Assembly: GCA_963705255.1 (NCBI GenBank)
Contig: OY970061.1
Coordinates: forward strand, 256,001 to 320,000
Direction: 5' to 3'
DNA: 64,000 nt
Origin: an uncultured Methanoregulaceae archaeon
GTDB taxonomy: Archaea; Halobacteriota; Methanomicrobia; Methanomicrobiales; Methanospirillaceae
The stretch's first letter is position 1. Each line of letters opens with the position of its first letter. The notes under the pieces were generated by a model. That model was not told where the DNA came from. It saw only the letters and a program-made list of their open reading frames with translations, and ran no database searches. Both the position numbers and the translations under genes were made by a program. Below are positions 20,028-30,433 of this stretch, piece by piece.

Positions 20028-21281
20028 ATGGCAAAGAAAGGCGACATGCTCTATGCATGGACCAACGATGCGGAGATCAAGAAGAAGGCCGAGCTCGGTG
20101 GCGCGGTCACCGCGCTCTGGAAGCACGCGCTCGAGTCCAAGGCTGTCGACGCGGTGCTCGTCATCTCCCGGGGCAAGGATCTCTACGATGCAAAGCCGAC
20201 CCTTGTCAAGAACGCGGCCGATCTCGCCAAGACGGCAGGATCGCTCCACTGCGGTACCCTCCTCCTGCCAAAACTGGTGAAGAAGTACCTTGACGGCGCC
20301 GAGACCATGAAGATCGGTGTCACCGTCAAGGGCTGCGACGCGATGGCGTTCTACGAACTGGCCAAGCGCAAGCAGATCAACCTCGACAACATCGTCATGA
20401 TCGGGGTCAACTGCGGTGGCTCGGTCAGCCCGGTCCTCGCCCGGAAGATGATCGCCGACAAGTACGGCGTCGACCCGGACAAGGTCCACAAGGAAGAGAT
20501 CGACAAGGGCCAGTTCATCATCGAGTACGAGGGCGGCCACAAGGGCATCTCCGTGGACGAGCTCGAAGAGCACGGCTACGGGCGGCGCAGCAACTGCCGC
20601 CGCTGCAAGATGAAAGTCCCCCGCCAAGCAGACCTTGCCTGCGGGAACTGGGGTGTCATCGGCGAGAAGGCCGGCAAGGCCACGTTCGTGGAGGTCTGCT
20701 CAGAGAAGGGTGCAAACCTCCTCTCCGGCGCAGTAAAATCCGGCGTCCTCGCAACGGAGCCGGCAAATCCGAAGGGTCTCGACATCCGCGGCAAGGTCGA
20801 GGGCGCAATGATGAAGCTCGGCGACAAGTGGCGCAAGAAAGATTTCGAGGCACTCGGCGAAGGCAAGGACCGGCTCAAGAAGATCATGGCCGAGACCTCG
20901 CGCTGCATCAAGTGCTACTCCTGCATCTCGGCCTGCCCGATCTGCTACTGTGTCGACTGCACCACCAAGAACCCGTCCTACGTCACTCCCGGCGAAGTGC
21001 CCCCGAATTTCATGTTCCACCTCATCCGCTTCGCCCACATCGCCCCGTCCTGCGTGAACTGCGGCCAGTGCCAGGAACTCTGCCCGGCGGAGATCCCGAA
21101 CGCGCTCTTCATGCACGCCCAGCAGGTGGAACTCGAGAAGATGTTTGGCCATACCCCGGGTATCTCGATGGAGCTCCCGATCCTCGCATACGCAGAGGAG
21201 AAGGTGGAGCGCGAGCGGCTGCACAACACCGGCAGCGACATGATCTACGAGAACGTCTTCAACCCGCTTCCCAAACACTGA
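20028..21281 (+). CDS. fdhB: F420-dependent formate dehydrogenase beta subunit (FrhB/FdhB family)
   Basis: GGAVT, GSLHCG, KGCD, RRSNCRRC, ADLACGNWG, two ferredoxin motifs. Confidence 0.93.
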   Translation: MAKKGDMLYAWTNDAEIKKKAELGGAVTALWKHALESKAVDAVLVISRGKDLYDAKPTLVKNAADLAKTAGSLHCGTLLLPKLVKKYLDGAETMKIGVTVKGCDAMAFYELAKRKQINLDNIVMIGVNCGGSVSPVLARKMIADKYGVDPDKVHKEEIDKGQFIIEYEGGHKGISVDELEEHGYGRRSNCRRCKMKVPRQADLACGNWGVIGEKAGKATFVEVCSEKGANLLSGAVKSGVLATEPANPKGLDIRGKVEGAMMKLGDKWRKKDFEALGEGKDRLKKIMAETSRCIKCYSCISACPICYCVDCTTKNPSYVTPGEVPPNFMFHLIRFAHIAPSCVNCGQCQELCPAEIPNALFMHAQQVELEKMFGHTPGISMELPILAYAEEKVERERLHNTGSDMIYENVFNPLPKH

Positions 21282-21289
21282 ATCAAAAT

Positions 21290-21300
21290 CTTCTTTTTTT
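21290..21300 (+). terminator. oligo-T archaeal terminator after fdhB
   Basis: CTTCTTTTTTT just after the stop codon. Confidence 0.4.
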
Positions 21301-21332
21301 GCTCTGGAAAAATCGTTGTCTTTCATTAAGGA

Positions 21333-21560
21333 CGCTCTTGGGGGCTACGTCTTCAGGGTCCAGATGGACCCTTCAGACTTTCGCCCCCGCCACTCGGGCA
21401 TCCCCAGTATCGCGATAGTTTCTCAGAAGGTTGACGAAAATATCTTGAAACGGGGGTCAAGGGGGGGTGCACCCCTTGGGCTGCCTCCCCATCTGGGGGA
21501 GAGAGGGGGCCACACTCATAATGTTGGCGGCTATAAGCGATTTAATCATTAAAAGAGGAT
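21333..21560. repeat. degenerate copy of the 16972-17224 MITE interior (no intact TIRs)
   Basis: Shared blocks CGCTCTTGGGGGCT, CTCGGGCATCCCC, CTCAGAAGGTTGA, AAACGGGGGTCAAGGGG, CTGGGGGAGAGAGGGGG. Confidence 0.8.
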
Positions 21561-21613
21561 CTCCTTCGAAGCTTTTCTTTGCGGATCCATCCTCACCCTG
21601 ACCCGTTCCGGTT

Positions 21614-22105
21614 TCAGTTTTCCTTCTTGAAGGATCCCTCGAGCAGCTCCCTGAACTCCGCCAGCTTCAGTCCCGGTTCGCGCCTCATCGGGTGGACGTT
21701 GGATCCTTCCATCTCCCCGAGGGCGAATGCGAACCGCGCCCGGATCGTGGGGGGCAGCCCGCTCTCATCGATGGATTCGAACCCGAACGCCCGGTAAAAA
21801 GGGACGAGCCCGAGGACCGCGTGCATGTAGAGAAGATCATGGTGGCAGGCCTCGACAAGGGCGGCGACCGCGAGCTTCGCGTACCCGTGCCCCCTCAGGT
21901 CCACCGGAGTGAAGACCCCGTCGACCTCGTACCCGTCCGGGTGGCGCCGGCAGCGGGCGACGCTGACAAGGGCGTTGCCGGAGAAGACCCCGAATACCCG
22001 GTCGATCGATGGGTCACCTTTCGTCTGGTGGTAGTCCTCCCAGAGTTTTTCGGCGAGCCCAAACTCGTCGCTTTTCAGTTCCCGTGCACCTGCCTCACCC
22101 GTCAT
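21614..22105 (-). CDS. GNAT N-acetyltransferase
   Basis: VFTPVDLRGHGYAK, FYRAFGF. Confidence 0.85.
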   Translation of the reverse strand: MTGEAGARELKSDEFGLAEKLWEDYHQTKGDPSIDRVFGVFSGNALVSVARCRRHPDGYEVDGVFTPVDLRGHGYAKLAVAALVEACHHDLLYMHAVLGLVPFYRAFGFESIDESGLPPTIRARFAFALGEMEGSNVHPMRREPGLKLAEFRELLEGSFKKEN

Positions 22106-23448
22106 ACTATCCTGAACGCTCCTGAGGGGATATGGATCTCAAACCGCGCACCGCTGCCCGGTACCCCGGTCTCCGTGATGCTGATCCCTGTCACCCCGAG
22201 GATCTCCCGGTCGATGAAGAGGCCGAGGCCCGGGTGCTTCTCCGACCCGTACTCGAAGATCGCTTCCTTGTCGGTGTCCGGGATGCCGGGGCCGTTGTCC
22301 TCGACAACTAGGTCCAGCCCGTCCCCCGCAAGCCGGTAGGTCACGACAATGTCCGTTGCACCCTTCCCGTGCCTCACTGCGTTGTCGAGGAGGTTGGAAA
22401 AGACGTTCTTCAGCAGCCGGTCGGCGTAGACCTCCAGCCGTTCGGTCCAGACCCTGAGCGAGACCGTCCCGGGGTCTGGCCGGGAAACCTCGTTCAGGAT
22501 GACCTCCTGGACATGGTGCCAGACCGGCTCTTCCACTCCAAGGTCCTGGTAGTATTTCGTCAACTCGAGGCGCCGCCGGATATACCGCACCGGCTCCCAC
22601 AGCCTGCCTGCGAGGTCCCGGGCCTCGGGGCTCTGGCACCGCTCTTTTCCCGATCTCAGCATCTCCGACAGCCGCCCGGTCACGCCCAGCAGGTCGTTCC
22701 TGGTGACGCCCGAGAGGAGGTTGAGCTCCCGGTTGGCCTGCCGGAACGCGTCTTCGGTGCGTTTCCGGTCCGTGATGTCCACAAGCGTCACGATGAATCC
22801 CGAGTCCGATACCGCGCCGGCCGAGAGGATGCCCTCGACATGCGTCCCGTCCTTCCTGACCAGCCGGGCCTCGTGGGAATACCGGGCCCCGTTCTTCCGG
22901 ATCCCGCTGATGAACTCCTCTAGGTTACCGGGGTCGTCCCAGAACGTCCGGAAGGGTTCTCCCGCCATCTCCGCGGCACGGGTGCCGAGGATCTCCGCCC
23001 CCCGGAAATTGGCGTCCTCGATGATCGGGACGGGGCCGTCGAGCCGGACTACGAATGAGCCTGCCTCGGAGTGATCGAACAGCCCGCGGTACCGCTCCTC
23101 CTGTTCCTTCAGGTTCAGGGAAAGGTACGCCACTACCCAGCCGATGGCAACAAGGACCACGAACCGTGCTGCCGCCGAAATGATGTCGCCCGCTGCCGGG
23201 GGCGGGACCAGGCAGACCATGACAACATAGACGAGGCCGATGCAGGAGGCGAACAGAACCCCCCTCCGCGGGAAGCGGTACGATGCGATGATGATGGGGA
23301 AATACAGGAGGTGGGGGGCGACGATGGTGACGTGGTAGAGCAGCCCGAAAAGGTTGAAGGTCAGGCTTACTGCCGTGGCAAGGGCCAGGAGAAGAAGCCA
23401 CGCCCGGTCGTCCCGGAATATCCTTTCCAGTCTCCTTTGCAGTTCCAT
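22102..23448 (-). CDS. membrane PAS + HATPase sensor kinase-like protein
   Basis: Four TMs, PAS, NLLDNAVRHG, DNGPGI, GLGL; H-box reads TRND. Confidence 0.88.
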   Translation of the reverse strand: MELQRRLERIFRDDRAWLLLLALATAVSLTFNLFGLLYHVTIVAPHLLYFPIIIASYRFPRRGVLFASCIGLVYVVMVCLVPPPAAGDIISAAARFVVLVAIGWVVAYLSLNLKEQEERYRGLFDHSEAGSFVVRLDGPVPIIEDANFRGAEILGTRAAEMAGEPFRTFWDDPGNLEEFISGIRKNGARYSHEARLVRKDGTHVEGILSAGAVSDSGFIVTLVDITDRKRTEDAFRQANRELNLLSGVTRNDLLGVTGRLSEMLRSGKERCQSPEARDLAGRLWEPVRYIRRRLELTKYYQDLGVEEPVWHHVQEVILNEVSRPDPGTVSLRVWTERLEVYADRLLKNVFSNLLDNAVRHGKGATDIVVTYRLAGDGLDLVVEDNGPGIPDTDKEAIFEYGSEKHPGLGLFIDREILGVTGISITETGVPGSGARFEIHIPSGAFRIV

Positions 23449-23525
23449 CGTGATCCCGCTGGTTCGGATCTATGAAAATGCTGCTATTTAAAACCCCGGG
23501 GTCGCACACCACCGGAAAAATACGA

Positions 23526-23978
23526 TCATTTCCACCCGAAAAGGGGGATCAGGGGCTTCAGGGGGTCGTAATCCCTGCCCAGCGCCGAGAGCAGGAACGA
23601 CTGCGAAAATTCCCGCCCCTGGCTATTCTCAAACCGGATCACCACTTTCAGTTCCGTCATCATTCCTCCGAGCGGGTGCCGGTGGGACTCATCCGCCCCG
23701 AGGGACGGGAGCTCGAACTCCTTATCCGCCGGCACGAGCGTGACGTGGATCCGGTGCGCAGCTGCGCTTCCCACGTTGGTAAGGATGAGTGTTTTTGCGT
23801 CCTCGCTGAGTGCCGCAGTGACCTCCGGAAGAGATGTGGAATCCTGCATGATCAGCAGGGACATCAGGACGGTGATGAAGATCACGAAGACGAAGCCGGC
23901 AAGATAGATATTGATAAAAAAGAATACGATGGTGAGGATGGGCCCCAGAACAAGGACGGCCCGCGTAGTTCTGTCCAT
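23526..23978 (-). CDS. hypothetical membrane protein
   Basis: 150-aa ORF with N-terminal TMs. Confidence 0.7.
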   Translation of the reverse strand: MDRTTRAVLVLGPILTIVFFFINIYLAGFVFVIFITVLMSLLIMQDSTSLPEVTAALSEDAKTLILTNVGSAAAHRIHVTLVPADKEFELPSLGADESHRHPLGGMMTELKVVIRFENSQGREFSQSFLLSALGRDYDPLKPLIPLFGWK

Positions 23979-24071
23979 AGAGACTCTTCTCCGCGTGACT
24001 TTTTTTGTTTAACGGTTTGTTGTTTCTGCCCGTACCCGTTCTCCCCGCATCCCGGGCCGGTCCCTGCCTCC

Positions 24072-25109
24072 TTACAGGTGGTGGAGGCTGCGGAGTTTTG
24101 ACACAATCTCAGAGGTATGACGGGACGGGTCCCCGCTCTCTTTCCTGCAGGGGGATCCCTGCAATGCCCGGAAAATATGCCGTACTGCCTCGCCGTGGGA
24201 CGGGCCGTACCCCCCTTCCAGTACCAGGGCAAGCGGCTGCGAGCCTGAATCGAGCAGCAGGGCGGTGAGATGCCCGAGGTCTTCCGGCACAAGGTTCATA
24301 CCCCCGACCGGGTCGTCCGAGAGGGTATCCTGGCCTGCAGAGACCATCACCAGATCCGGCTTCATACGTTTGAGTAATGGCAGGAAGACTTCAGAAAAGA
24401 CGCAGGAATAATCAGCACCGCCCGAGCCCGGCAGGAGGGGGGCATTCACCGAAAAACCTTTTCCGGCGCCGGTGCCGGTCTCTCCAAGTGCCCCGGTGTG
24501 CGGGAAGAGACCGGACTGGTGGACCGAGCAGTAGAGGACGCGGTCGCTGCCATAGAAAATATCCTGCGTCCCGTTGCCGTGGTGGACGTCCCAGTCGATG
24601 ATGGCGACACGGTCGACCAGGGTTAAGGCTTTTGCAGCGGCGATCGCAACATTGTTCATGAGGCAGAACCCCATCGCCCATGCCGCGGCAGCATGGTGGC
24701 CGGGAGGACGGACGAGGGCAAAACAGCTCGTCCCGTCGAGTGCACGTTCCATCGCGGCGACCGCGGATCCCGCCGCATAGGTTGCCACGTCGTAGGAGTG
24801 AGGATTGATATAGGTATTCTGGTCGATGAACCCGGAGATGAAGGTGTTCTGTTCGAGATATCCCCCGGAGTACACGGTGTCCCGGACATAATCGTAATCC
24901 GTGTGCTGCAGGCACTGGCCCCTCAGCCATGCGAGGTATCCCGGATCGTGGACGCGTTCGATCTCCCCGCAGGCTGCGGCAACGGGTTCGATCAGCGGGA
25001 GGTTCTCCGGCAGGCGCCTGATGATGGAGACCAGGCGGTCATGGCTCTCCACATGGCCCTCCCGGTTGTGCTGTTCAAAGACCGGGCCGCTGATCGCTGA
25101 ACACTTCAT
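24072..25109 (-). CDS. histone deacetylase-family protein
   Basis: RPPGHHA, GFCLMNN, DWDVHHGNGTQ, SAGQD, LEGGY; start MKCSA at 25109. Confidence 0.93.
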   Translation of the reverse strand: MKCSAISGPVFEQHNREGHVESHDRLVSIIRRLPENLPLIEPVAAACGEIERVHDPGYLAWLRGQCLQHTDYDYVRDTVYSGGYLEQNTFISGFIDQNTYINPHSYDVATYAAGSAVAAMERALDGTSCFALVRPPGHHAAAAWAMGFCLMNNVAIAAAKALTLVDRVAIIDWDVHHGNGTQDIFYGSDRVLYCSVHQSGLFPHTGALGETGTGAGKGFSVNAPLLPGSGGADYSCVFSEVFLPLLKRMKPDLVMVSAGQDTLSDDPVGGMNLVPEDLGHLTALLLDSGSQPLALVLEGGYGPSHGEAVRHIFRALQGSPCRKESGDPSRHTSEIVSKLRSLHHL

Positions 25110-25494
25110 TGATCTTATCAGGGGGATTATCCCGTATATATCTCTCTTTTCCGGCAGGAGACGGGGAGTGCTGAACCGGTGAAATGAATCGTCCGGACAT
25201 TTCAGCGAAAGACGGGTGGCAACCGTTCCGGTTTTTTCCGGAATTTCCGGCAATGCCGCTTTCCACCGGGGTTGCGCGTCTGACCCGGACCGGAAAAAAT
25301 TCCGGAGAATACGCGTTTTCCGGCGGTTCTTATACGGTTTTTTCCACGTATGGCAGATTCCGGTGAAAGTCAACGAAATATCATTGACCTGCCCCGCACG
25401 GGGTTCGCTTTTTTTCTGCAGTATTGCAGTCCGATCGGCGAACAATTCGAAAATTATTAATAACTACACAAAAAAGTGTTACTTTGGCCTATAC

Positions 25495-25510
25495 GTGATG
25501 TTATATAATA
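25495..25510 (+). promoter_or_regulatory. putative TATA box for fdhC
   Basis: TTATATAA at 25501, 50 nt upstream of the ATG; GAGGTG RBS follows. Confidence 0.45.
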
Positions 25511-25550
25511 CGTTGCTGGTATAGGTGGACATTTCAGAGGTGTGTAAAGA

Positions 25551-26450
25551 ATGGCATTTCATCCTCCGGTAGCAATCATCGCAAAAGCGGGTGACTCCGG
25601 AAAGTACAAGGTAGGCCTGCCAGCATGGAACATGCTCCTCCGCGGGTTCCTCGCCGGCGCCTTTATCGCCATGGGCGGTGCGCTTGCAACGGTATGCAGT
25701 ACCAATATTGCTGCGAGTGCAGCGGCGATCAAGGACGTACCCGGCCTGGCATTTGGTGTGTCAAGTGCCGGGTTCGCACAGTTGATCCTGGGAGCCACGT
25801 TCCCTGTTGGGCTTATCATCATCGTCCTGACAGGCGCGGAACTCTTCACCGGTGACGCAATGCTCGCCCCGGTGGCGGCGTTCGTGCACAAGGTGAGCTG
25901 GGTGCAGGTCATCAACCTGTGGATCTGGGTCTATATCGGTAACTTCATCGGATCTATTGTCTGGGCATATATCATGGCCAACGGGCCGTTCGTCTCATTT
26001 GGCATGGATGCCACAACCGGGGCGACCACCGCAACGATCACCGCGTTCGGAACGAGGGCGATAGCGATCGCGGTTGCAAAGACCAGTTATGTGGGAATGA
26101 TGGGCATGTGGTCTGCGTTCCTCAAGGCAGTGGCCTGTAACTGGCTCGTCAACCTGGCCATCCTGCTCGGCATCTGCGCCGATGACCTGATCGGCAAGTT
26201 CTTCGGCATCTGGTTCCCGATCATGGCCTTCGTCTCGAGCGGGTTCGAGCACTCGGTTGCAAACATGTATTTCATCCCTGCCGGCATCCTGACCGCGGGC
26301 CTGACGAATACCGCAACCACGGTAAACTGGGTCAACATGTGGACGAGCAACCTTATCGTCGTCACTATCGGTAATATCGTTGGCGGGATGTTCTTTGTCG
26401 GTGTACTCTACTGGGTTGCGTTCCGGAAAGAGATCGCAGCACTGAAGTAG
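25551..26450 (+). CDS. fdhC: formate/nitrite transporter FdhC
   Basis: FPVGL...GAELFTG, GNFIGS, CNWLV, GFEHSVANM, GNIVGG. Confidence 0.93.
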   Translation: MAFHPPVAIIAKAGDSGKYKVGLPAWNMLLRGFLAGAFIAMGGALATVCSTNIAASAAAIKDVPGLAFGVSSAGFAQLILGATFPVGLIIIVLTGAELFTGDAMLAPVAAFVHKVSWVQVINLWIWVYIGNFIGSIVWAYIMANGPFVSFGMDATTGATTATITAFGTRAIAIAVAKTSYVGMMGMWSAFLKAVACNWLVNLAILLGICADDLIGKFFGIWFPIMAFVSSGFEHSVANMYFIPAGILTAGLTNTATTVNWVNMWTSNLIVVTIGNIVGGMFFVGVLYWVAFRKEIAALK

Positions 26451-26473
26451 ATTTACCACAAACACTCTTTTTC

Positions 26474-26998
26474 ATGAAGATCGGAAATGTTGACGTAAAG
26501 ATCTCGATCCTCGTCATTGTGGTGTTTGTCTTCTTTGCCCTCCTCATCGTCGTAGCATCCTTCTCCAGTCCCGCTGTCCGTTCCCAGCTCTACTGGATGC
26601 TTCCCGCGCTTATCCTGCTCCTCGTAATGCCGATGGCGCTCAACTACCTGAGCAGGAAAGAGTATGCGGAGCTCGAACCGGTATACGAACGTGAAGCACG
26701 CCCGGTCAGGATACGGATGATCAACGAGTCGATGATCGGGAAGATCGTGAAGATTGAAGGAGTGGTCGAGAGTGTCCGTTTCCAGTTCCTGAACCGACCC
26801 CAGTTCATGGTCGCGGACCGGACCGGGGAGATCCCGGTGAAGATGTTCACGAGCCCCCCGGAAGATATCCGCAAGGATGATCTCGTCGAAGTTCTGGGAT
26901 CCGTCATCCGCAGGTACATGGTTGTCGGCGACCCGGTGGTCAACTGCGTCTCGATCAGGAAACGGGATAAAAATACCCGGTCTGAGGGGAAGTCCTGA
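26474..26998 (+). CDS. membrane-anchored OB-fold protein
   Basis: Two TMs then VKIEGVV..VADRTGEI..VEVLG OB pattern. Confidence 0.7.
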   Translation: MKIGNVDVKISILVIVVFVFFALLIVVASFSSPAVRSQLYWMLPALILLLVMPMALNYLSRKEYAELEPVYEREARPVRIRMINESMIGKIVKIEGVVESVRFQFLNRPQFMVADRTGEIPVKMFTSPPEDIRKDDLVEVLGSVIRRYMVVGDPVVNCVSIRKRDKNTRSEGKS

Positions 26999-27065
26999 TC
27001 TCCGGTCCGGAAGTTGGTTATGAGCGCGAATATATCCAGAATCCTGATGTTCCGCATCCCCTGCC

Positions 27066-27899
27066 ATGACCCGCACTGACGCCGGCCTGCAGTCCAGGAG
27101 TGCCGGGACAAAATTCCTGGAACCTCTGGTCCCTGTCCTGTCATTTGGGGGGACGCTTGCGGGGATCTTCATCTGGAGCCTGGGCTTTCATTTCGGCATC
27201 CAGTACGCTGCAATCGGCTCTCTCCTGGGCTCGTGCATCCTCGCGTACCTTGCCTGGATACGGCAGAAAAAAGACATCGTCTCGCTGACAACGCCGATCT
27301 ATGCATTCATCTTCTTTATCGTGCCGGCAGACTACCTGCCCGGGATCGTGCTCCAGCTCCTCTTTGCTGCAGGTCTCACGATCCTCCTCGTGCGGCTGAA
27401 ATACCGGTTCGGCGCCTCGGACGAACCGGTTCCGGACGGCACGGTCCTTGCCGGGTCCCTCAGGACCTATGCGGAACGGGTGCAGGGCTCATTTTCTTCC
27501 CTGCCGCAGGGAGGTGCAGAGAGTGCGGGAGAAGTGTTCATCCGGTTTGCCCGGGGAGATTACGAGGAGGCTGCCCGGGAAGCAGACCGGGCAATACGGC
27601 ACCTGGGACCTGCCGGCGAGGCACAGCCTCTGATCCTCGCCTTTTCCGTAGTCAGCGAACAGGCGGCTCACCTGAACCGCTCGCTCCATCCCCCGGAACG
27701 CTATCTGAAATTCGGTCCGGAATATTCGTCGCTCCTCGCGAACCCCGACCCCGTCTCCCGGGACGAGGAGCAGGAATACCATACGACCCTGTATAATGCG
27801 CTGCTTCTCCTGTACGCGGTGGCGTGGAACCGATCAGGTGCGGATCGCGACCGGCTTCTCGCATGCCAGGATTTTGCCCTGAAATTATTCACGCAGTGA
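27066..27899 (+). CDS. hypothetical membrane protein
   Basis: Four N-terminal TMs plus a helical C-terminus; 3' end duplicated at 38692-38895. Confidence 0.75.
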   Translation: MTRTDAGLQSRSAGTKFLEPLVPVLSFGGTLAGIFIWSLGFHFGIQYAAIGSLLGSCILAYLAWIRQKKDIVSLTTPIYAFIFFIVPADYLPGIVLQLLFAAGLTILLVRLKYRFGASDEPVPDGTVLAGSLRTYAERVQGSFSSLPQGGAESAGEVFIRFARGDYEEAAREADRAIRHLGPAGEAQPLILAFSVVSEQAAHLNRSLHPPERYLKFGPEYSSLLANPDPVSRDEEQEYHTTLYNALLLLYAVAWNRSGADRDRLLACQDFALKLFTQ

Positions 27900-28018
27900 T
27901 ACTGGGCCAGAAGGAAAACCAGAATCCTGTCCGGGGCCTTCCCCGGTAGTACGTTTCTGGGTCCAATACGACATCCTCTTTTGTATTGACTGCGAAAAGA
28001 CCGGTTCTGGTCCTGCAG

Positions 28019-29861
28019 CTATAAAATTGGTTTCAGTGGCCAGGGATCTTGATCTTGTTTCCGGCAGGATGCCGAATGGCTTGAGCGGGCATACGCTTTC
28101 AGGATATCGGTCCTCGTGAGAAAGCCGACCAGCTGGTCCGGCGACTCTTTTGCCACGACAGGGAGATGATTGATGCCATGCCCTACCATGATCGCGATTG
28201 CATCCTCAAGAGTGTCTTCCGGATTGACAACGAACGGGGCCGGAGTCATGACCTGCCGTAAGGCCGGCCCCCCTCCTTCCGCGGTGCGGATAGTGCGTGC
28301 ATCCCGGTTCGTGATGATCCCTGCAAGACGATTGTCCGCGAGTACCTGGAAAACCGGAATGTCCTGTTGTCGCGGTGAGGTCGAGGACCTTTGCGGGCTC
28401 ATCTGACAGGGAGAGGGTGATGACTGCCTCCTGCGGGATCATTGCATCCCGGACCAGGATCCGTTCGAGTGTTTCCCGGTCATATTCCCCGCGATGGGCG
28501 CCGGACTGCGCTTTTGTCGGCACCTGTTGCCGGAAAATGGTCTTCTCCCCTTTTAACAGGGTTGAGACGGCAACCGCGGCCATAGCTGGTATCAGGATCG
28601 TGATGCTCCCGACCATCTCGACGACCATGATCAACACCGCGATGGGGGCATTTGCTACTGCCCCGAAGAGGGAGATCATACCGACAACAACAAACACCGG
28701 CACCGATTCCATCGGGACGTACGCCGGGGCAAGCAGGTGCAGGATTATGCCGAGCGCCCCGCCGATTGCTGCACCGATCGTAAGTCCCGGTGCAAAAACG
28801 CCCCCGCTCCCCCCCGAGCTGAGGGTAAAGGAGGTCGTCAGGATCTTGACAAACGGCAGCAGCAGGAGCACGGAGAGCGGGACCATGGAATAGATCATGA
28901 GCTGGGTAAAACCGTAGCCGGTCCCCATGCCGGCAAGACCGAGCATTTCTGCCTCCGGGGATATGAATGAAAGTGCAATGACGAGTATACCCAGAAGGAG
29001 AAAACCTGAGACCGGTTTTACGTACATCGGGAGATTGTAACGTTTGAATACGGCAGTCCACTGGTCGCGGGTCCAGTAAAAGACAAAGATATAGAGAAGA
29101 CCGAACACCGCACACAGGACCCCGAGCAGGAGGAACAGGGGGATCTGCCAGACATTCCAAGAGAGCGGACCGAGCGCAAAGATAGGGTCATACCCTTCGA
29201 AGAACCCGAAGATTGCGTACCCGATAACCGAGGCGAGGAATGCCGGGATGATTGCCTCGGATTCGAAATCCCGGGTATAGAGGACTTCTGCCGCGAGGAC
29301 TGCTCCTCCCAGGGGCGCCTTGAATATTGTCCCAATCCCTGCACCGATCCCGGTCGTGAGCGCAATTCTCCTCTCGCGGGGGCTGAGGCCGAGGATATCC
29401 GCGACAAGGGATCCAAAACCCGCAGAGATCTGGGCAGCCGGCCCTTCCCTTCCCGCACTCCCCCCGGTCGAGATGGTGAGGATTGCCGTGACCGCTTTCA
29501 GGACCGGAATCCGTTTGCGTATCCTGCCATCGCTGTGGAATGCCTTGATCGCTGAATCAGTGCCATGGCCTTCTGCCTCCGGTGCGTACTTTGTCACGAG
29601 TATGCCAGTCAGCAAACTCCCGAAACAGAGGATGGGAAGCAGGAGCAGGAGGGAATGGGGTTCGGACCACTGGCTGATCGCAGCCACTGTCTGCCCCTCC
29701 CGGGGATAGGCATACTGCAGGAGATTCCCCATGAAAAATGCCGTTCCCCATTTGAGCCCTTCATAAAAAAGAAGAGACCCGACACCGGCAATGACACCTA
29801 CAACTATTGCGATAACGAGGACTCGTTTTGTCGGCGTGATACCAGAGGGGAAAGAGAACAT
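28019..29861 (-). CDS. ClC chloride channel/antiporter with CBS pair; apparent frameshift at ~28345
   Basis: GGSAGREGP, FKAPLGG, GSGGVFAP; CBS domains split between ORFs 28206-29861 and 28019-28402. Confidence 0.92.
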
Positions 29862-30050
29862 CAGATATTCCGCGGATTTTTTTGCCAGATTCTATGTTAT
29901 TGATCTCATCGGCCATCAGGTTATCTGGACGGGACAGTTTTCCCTGGCCAGGGCATGCAACGAAGGGAGATCGAACCTTTTCATTCAGAGCGGGAGCTTT
30001 CAGAATGGAGAAACTCTGTTGCCCCGGGTTTTGCTGATTAATGGCAGGCT

Positions 30051-30344
30051 TTAGCCGGCTACCGGTTTTTTCTTCACTGACTGCCACATCCCGATGATGA
30101 ATGAGATGAGTGCAAGCAGAATGAACCCGAATTGTGAGGCATCGATGAATGAACTTTGAAGAAGGGTGGAGAAGAAAATATTTACTGCGTCGAGAATCGT
30201 GTACAGGAAAAGGAAGATCAGGCCTGCGAGGAATTCATTCCTCTTCCACAGTATTGCCAGCACAACGGCAATACACGCAACAACTATTTTGATAATTTCA
30301 TAGAGAAATATACCCGCATCAAAGATGACGGGTGGCATTATCAT
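30051..30344 (-). CDS. small hypothetical membrane protein
   Basis: 97-aa ORF with three hydrophobic segments. Confidence 0.6.
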   Translation of the reverse strand: MIMPPVIFDAGIFLYEIIKIVVACIAVVLAILWKRNEFLAGLIFLFLYTILDAVNIFFSTLLQSSFIDASQFGFILLALISFIIGMWQSVKKKPVAG

Positions 30345-30433
30345 TACCTCAGCAGGGTATTGAGCATGGGATTGTATTTAATTATTGAGAGAAACCTCCG
30401 GCCGGTTATTTCAGATCCCCTTCATAAACCAGG

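Noticed and set aside
18260-20047. Long antisense ORFs (for example 595 aa here, also 1865-3040, 33282-34607, 41312-42649)
   Set aside because: Shadow frames of GC-rich genes with no recognisable motifs.
25180-25370. Structured RNA between the HDAC gene and fdhC
   Set aside because: Only short CCGG-rich inverted repeats, expected given how common CCGG is here; no second copy or covariation.
29862-30050. Fluoride riboswitch and CLC-F exporter
   Set aside because: No crcB riboswitch consensus found by eye; the protein has GREGP, not the CLC-F GREGT/GNNLI motifs.
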